DNA of 64,000 nt from Selaginella moellendorffii (Eukaryota > Plantae > Lycopodiophyta), in assembly GCF_000143415.4 (NCBI RefSeq), contig NW_003314386.1, positions 274,791 to 338,790 on the forward strand, given 5' to 3'. The position numbers were made by a program, and so were the translations under genes. This document shows positions 58,435 to 64,000 of the stretch, in pieces. The first letter of the stretch is position 1; each line of letters opens with the position of its first letter. The notes under the pieces were generated by a model. That model searched no databases. It was given only the letters and a program-made list of their open reading frames with translations, and had not been told where the DNA came from.

Positions 58435-59499
58435 GGCGATCAAGATCACAACAGCAATACAAAACAAGATGATTGTATATCAGGAAATTACGTATATATA
58501 TATATACATACATAGGAGCGTTGGCCTTTCGCATGACGTTGCTCCAGTACTAGGAAACAGCCATGATGGACTAAAATGTGGCGATTGACTCGAGACTAAG
58601 TCTTAGGCGAGATTTGCAAATCTTGTGTATAAAATCATGTTGAAATTTGGAGCACAGACTTGACTGTTTGAGCAAACATTAGGAGCCTGGCCGGACTAGG
58701 AAGATTCATCACACTTCTCGCAGAAGTTCAGAAAAATCCGAGCAAAGTTTATAATTCTGTATCAAGTATTCCAAGGATTCCAAAATTCACTGAGATTTCA
58801 CTAATCAAATCAGTGCTATGGAATTGAAATCATTCTATCCAACTATGTATTTATATGGGGGGGGGGGAGATCCACCAAGATATGTAAAATCTTTGCTACG
58901 AGACAAAGGGCAAGGAAGATTTGTGATCCGAGGAGATATGGAAGAAGGACGTGACAGCGAAGTCTTACAGTGATTAATAATGTTTAAAAGTGTTCTTGGA
59001 GCGTGTTGAATGTTTCAGTGTGTGAGCTTGAGAGATTTTAGTGTAGCTCATGTTAGATCATACTTTCCACTCTTATTTCTTTCTAGATTCTTGCTGGTGG
59101 CAGCAATGATGGTTCCTCCATTTCCACATTAGAAGCAGCAATCCTCATTAGTGGCCTACCCAATTAACCTAATAAACATTATTCTAGGTCGTGGTATTAG
59201 TAGAGCTGGATCTTGCGGTATGGTGAGAGCAGCTTCCCACCAGATGGAGGTAACAAAGCCGTTTGTCTTTAGTGGAAAAGACTATAGCCTTTGAAAGCGG
59301 CTTATAGAAACGTGGCTGCTTTTCTAGAGCATGTATGGCATTGTGAATCTCTTTGATCCAAAGCCAGTGGTTGGATCTGGGCTGGAAGCCTGGCAAAGGG
59401 AGGTGAGGACACTTTCAAAAAAAGAGTGGTCATCAGGATTCACTTGCAATTGGAGGCATGTGTCTTTAAAGATGGAGGTGACATGTTGGAGCACACGGA

Positions 59500-60609
59500 G
59501 TGTCTAAGCTATATGTTCATATAGCTAGCCGCAGAAGGGAAGGAACATGACTTGATGTAAAAGGTTAAACTTTACAAGAATTATAAGAGAGATAATGGGG
59601 CTTTTAGTTGATTAGTTGTATCTAGGGTTTGAATTATCCATGATGTTATTTATGAATTACAAGCCCTCAATAAGAATCAACAAGAGATGTAACTGAAGAT
59701 GTATAACATGATTGCTATGATGTGTGGACATGTTAAATATGGTGTATGTAGTTTTCACTTTATATTTTACAGTGATTTACTATAAAATAACTACGAAGCA
59801 AAAATCTCCTTTAGACATATGTGCCAAGGGCAATAGTGTGGGATTTGGCCTATTAATGAACAAAAAGATACTTAAACATATAATTTAGGAAAGAAGGAAT
59901 AAGAGTATGGAGTATAAATTAAACAATTTTAAAACATCGAACATACCAACACCAAAACTAATATATAAAATGAAGTTAAATTAAATCTAATGCTATTTTA
60001 GCATATTGGTGGTTTAACATGTACTATACTAGTTAGCATAGTATGGAATTTGGGCTTATACTTAAGCTAGAAAAAAAACAAAGATAAAGACACCCAATAA
60101 AGAACTTAAAAATGCCTAAAGTTGGTAGGACTATATATTTGGAACAAACCCCCTCCTTTAAGCTTTCACCCTAGTTACAAAAGATAACTTGTTAAAAACT
60201 TACTGATTATGAATTTGAATGTAGGAATAACATCATCTTGTTTAGAACAATCTCTATATTATATAAAGATGCCTAACAACCAAATTTACACACTTTCTAT
60301 AAATAATTAATTGGACCAAAATGGGATCAATAAATAATGAATGATAGTGAGAGTGTCTAATAGATATAGTAAACTATCACTTAGCAGATATTAAGGGATT
60401 ATTCTCAATATGACAAGGGTTCCTAAATGCAAAGTAATAACACAAGTTTCTTATCACTATATCAAGTAAATGATAATTTAAGATTTCCTTCCTTATTGCC
60501 CTTTCAATCTAAGTGCACACTTATTAATAATTTCTCAACTAGTTTGAGTGGAGATTGATAAAGGATTTAGCAATATTAGTCTTCCATTGTCATGGTATCA
60601 AAAAAAATA

Positions 60610-60675
<66 letters not shown>

Positions 60676-63600
60676 ATTTGTGAGAGTACTTTTATACTTA
60701 TAGTCACATTCATGACACACTCCATCCTTTGAGAAGATCGATATTTTTGTTAATGCATATTCTAATTTAAACCACCACCAAGGAAACAACTCTAGAAAAA
60801 ATTCATAATGTTCACACTTTGTGAGAAATAAAAGTTCACAATGTTTATACTTTATGAGAAATGCATTAACTTAAATGAGTTATAACATAATTCACTAACA
60901 CTATACTACTTAAGTATGTTAGGCATGGTTGACCAATTTAAGGCATAATCTAACTTCCCATTTGCATGTTTATTCTTGTTTAAAATTCAACTTAAGTTTA
61001 AACCTAATCTCTATACCATACTAATTGGTGGAGTATCTACATCCTTATGTTAGGCCATTTCTATGTTAAAATAGTGTACTTCATTTAGCTCTATTTTGCA
61101 TGTTGGTTTTAGTGTTGGGAGCTAGATACTCTAAGACTATTCCAATATCACTTAATGTTCCTATATTTTTACTCCTTAAATTGTATATTAGGAAGTTGTT
61201 TGACTATAAGTTTGGGAGTTTAGCTCTATCCCTTCATTCACCCTGAAATTACCATCACAGAAATTACAAAAGTGAAGCTTAGCTTTGATGTTAATTTTGT
61301 TTAATTTCTTTATTAGAATTCATCAATTTTGTTTCTCTAGGATGCAACTAGAGGAGGTTTCTAATCCACTACCTTTGGTCCATCCAAGGGATTATGTTAA
61401 AGGGTGAAAATCACATATACAGAATAAGGATAAACATGCAAATAGGGAACTAAATTATACTCTAGGTTGGTTGGTAAGAATATATAGTAATGTAGAAAGC
61501 TAAAAGTTATTAAGATAATAATTAACTATCATGAAAGATTGTCAATCATCCCATTAATAGAAATGTATAATTACTGTTATAACAATCAACCATCCTAAAA
61601 AATAGCAAATCATCAAACATTAACAATAATCAAGCAAGACCTTTAACAAAGATAATTAACTACCTTATATGAAAGTCAATTAAATGTGTACCCACTTAAT
61701 TCATCATTTTCATCTTTACATATGTAACTAAGTTAATTGCCCAATCTTATTGAATAATACTTGCTAAGACTCATCCTTTGATACCAAATATAACACACAT
61801 GATTTTCATTATTTACTCTATAATAATTTACCATGGATAACTACAAAACCTTAATCCTATGTGAGTGTAGCATATGTGATTATGAGATGAGATTTAGATA
61901 TATTGTGACTATAAATCTTTGAAACTTTAGGGGATAAATAAGGATAAAATAGCCACTAACTAAACCAAGCATATTTGGTTAAATAAACATTTAAGAATTC
62001 CTTCTTTATACTCATTTGGCTAAGTATCCCTATTAAGTCTAATTTACTAGCACTTGAATAACAGGGATTATCAAATAAAACCACCAATACTGATATTCTA
62101 TTATTGTGGCAGTAAGAGAAGAACATTTAAAAGGACTATCTTTGCCTTTAGTTAGCTTACTTGTTAAATAGCTTTGAGTGGTTACCATGAATGTGATTAC
62201 CGATATTGAAAGTACCTGTTATATATTTAGTATCCAATATTAATCCTTCAACAATACATTCACTCACTTTATTTGTGAGTGATCACTTCATCAAGAAGTG
62301 AATCGCTATATTAAAGACTCAATGTAATCCAACATTATAGATTAAATATAACCAAATAATACTGACAGAGGTGGAATCAACCTACTAATATAGAAAAATC
62401 TATCCTTTGCAATACCATTTGATAAGTAAGCTTTAGATAAAGCTAGATCACTCACATTATTTGATAAATATCTAATAACTTAATGCTAAAGACAAGGCAA
62501 TTAAAAGCCCTAATGTGAAGAGGTTTTGTATATAGCACCATGCTTGAATTAGGATTTGTGCTAGTCAAGATAGACCATTGTTTCCACATAGAATAAGGAC
62601 AAACACATTAAATAGACAATATCTAAAGTTTTTCAACCATATCTGATCCTTACTATTAGAACCCCCTTATTTAAAAACACATTTCAAGCTTTGAAAGTGT
62701 TAGTCTCTATAAAATACTTAAAAAATTATTAAATATGGAATGATGTTAGTTTGTAAATTTGGATATGGAAACAATACCATCATATTTAGGATATTCTCTA
62801 CATTTTATAAATATGACACTTTTAATATATAGGTAATAGGACTGGTAACATATAGGATATAATAGTGAGGGTGTCTGGTAAATAATAAATTATCACATAG
62901 AGATATTGAGGGACCAGTGTTTAATACATGAGGGTTTTTGTCACTAGTCAATGCAAGATACAATTTAGAGGAAACTCCTTACTAAGCTAAGTATGATTAG
63001 CTAATAACATATAAGAATTTCATCTTTATGCTTATTTAGTTTAAGTACAGTCAAAATGCTTAATTAACTCAACTAATATAAGAGGGACTCATAAAGGATT
63101 TAGCAGTACTAATTTTTGGTTTGTTTAAGCAAACTTGTAGAGGGACTGAGATCGTAGTGAATATACTTAGAATATGCTTGAATATTCTAGGAATTCTATA
63201 TCATGTTATTTATTTAGATTAATTTTGTATTTATAATTTATAAATATGTTGATAATTTATAAAAATTCTTAAATACATTCTAGTATATTCTACCATTTAA
63301 TGTTTGATATGTAATAAGATTAATCTTGTGTTTATAAATCATAAACATGTTTATTATTATAAACTTTTATTTGATCAATTGAATTAATAAATAAGAATAA
63401 CACTACTATTAAGCAAACCAAGTATTGCTACATGCAACATGTAGAAAATTATTTACCATTATGGCAGTAAAAGAAGAATATCTAAAAGAACTTGTTAATA
63501 GATAAATTTCAATACCCATAATTATATTTGTAATAATGTGTTAAATGCCATATTAGGGGTATATTATCACCACACCTACTTCTTGACATGGTAGATGATA

Positions 63601-64000
63601 TATAGCACCTAATCTAACCCCCAAACTCCTGAACCAATAATCACTTATTGATTACCATAGTCACTTGCATTGGTTTATTTTATATATTGAAAATGTATTG
63701 ATTGGTTGGATTTTGTATAATCTAATATGTCAGGGTAGAAATCATAGCTAGTCTAGATATTAGTGCAGAGTTGGCACATGACAGGTGGCTGTTGATGCCA
63801 TAAAATCCCATAAAACATTCAATTACTACATAATAAATATTATTCATTCATTCATTCATTCATATATTATTTATGATTCCCATAACACTCACCCTGAAGC
63901 ATCAAACTAAAAGATTTAGAAGTGCTATTTAAACAAAGCCATTTTGGCATGTTAATATATTAATACTTATCACTAAATGTTAATCACTTTGTAATGAAAA
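59500..64000. mobile_element. AT-rich decayed repeat/transposon debris
   Basis: Almost no ORFs. ~61865-61950 is an inverted homolog of ~35050-35135, and ~60527-60595 a direct homolog of ~35225-35290. Confidence 0.5.
60612..60672. repeat. (TA)n microsatellite
   Basis: About 30 TA units visible. Confidence 0.98.

Noticed and set aside
60598-60789. ORF ending in YIYIYI
   Set aside because: Translation of the (TA)n microsatellite.

Overview
Compact land-plant genomic DNA. The ~50-70 nt introns, very short intergenic spacers and many PLS-type PPR relics point to a lycophyte such as Selaginella (inference). 1-11.5 kb is decayed retroelement debris (gypsy, copia, a PPR fragment). 12-21.4 kb is a dense gene block: BLE2-like TM+ARM gene, ribophorin I/OST1, LBD transcription factor, PLS-E PPR, and a BUP/At5g04480-like gene lacking its glycosyltransferase domain. 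11.5-55 kb is organised as a tandem segmental array in which the module [3' part of the GT-like gene -> BLE2-like TM+ARM gene] occurs five times (2 intact ARM ORFs, 3 disrupted). The copies show a hypervariable Leu-repeat membrane segment, mosaicism between copies and a template-switch inversion inside the coding sequence. Two units begin with remnants of a DDE transposase carrying P-element-like motifs, located at the duplication breakpoints. The right end holds DCL (DUF3223), a small unknown probably plastid-targeted gene, a HOTHEAD/mandelonitrile-lyase-like GMC oxidoreductase and AT-rich decayed repeats. Three N gaps lie in or next to the second unit, so some near-identical duplication could be haplotype or assembly artefact. 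All family assignments come from recalled motifs, not from database searches.
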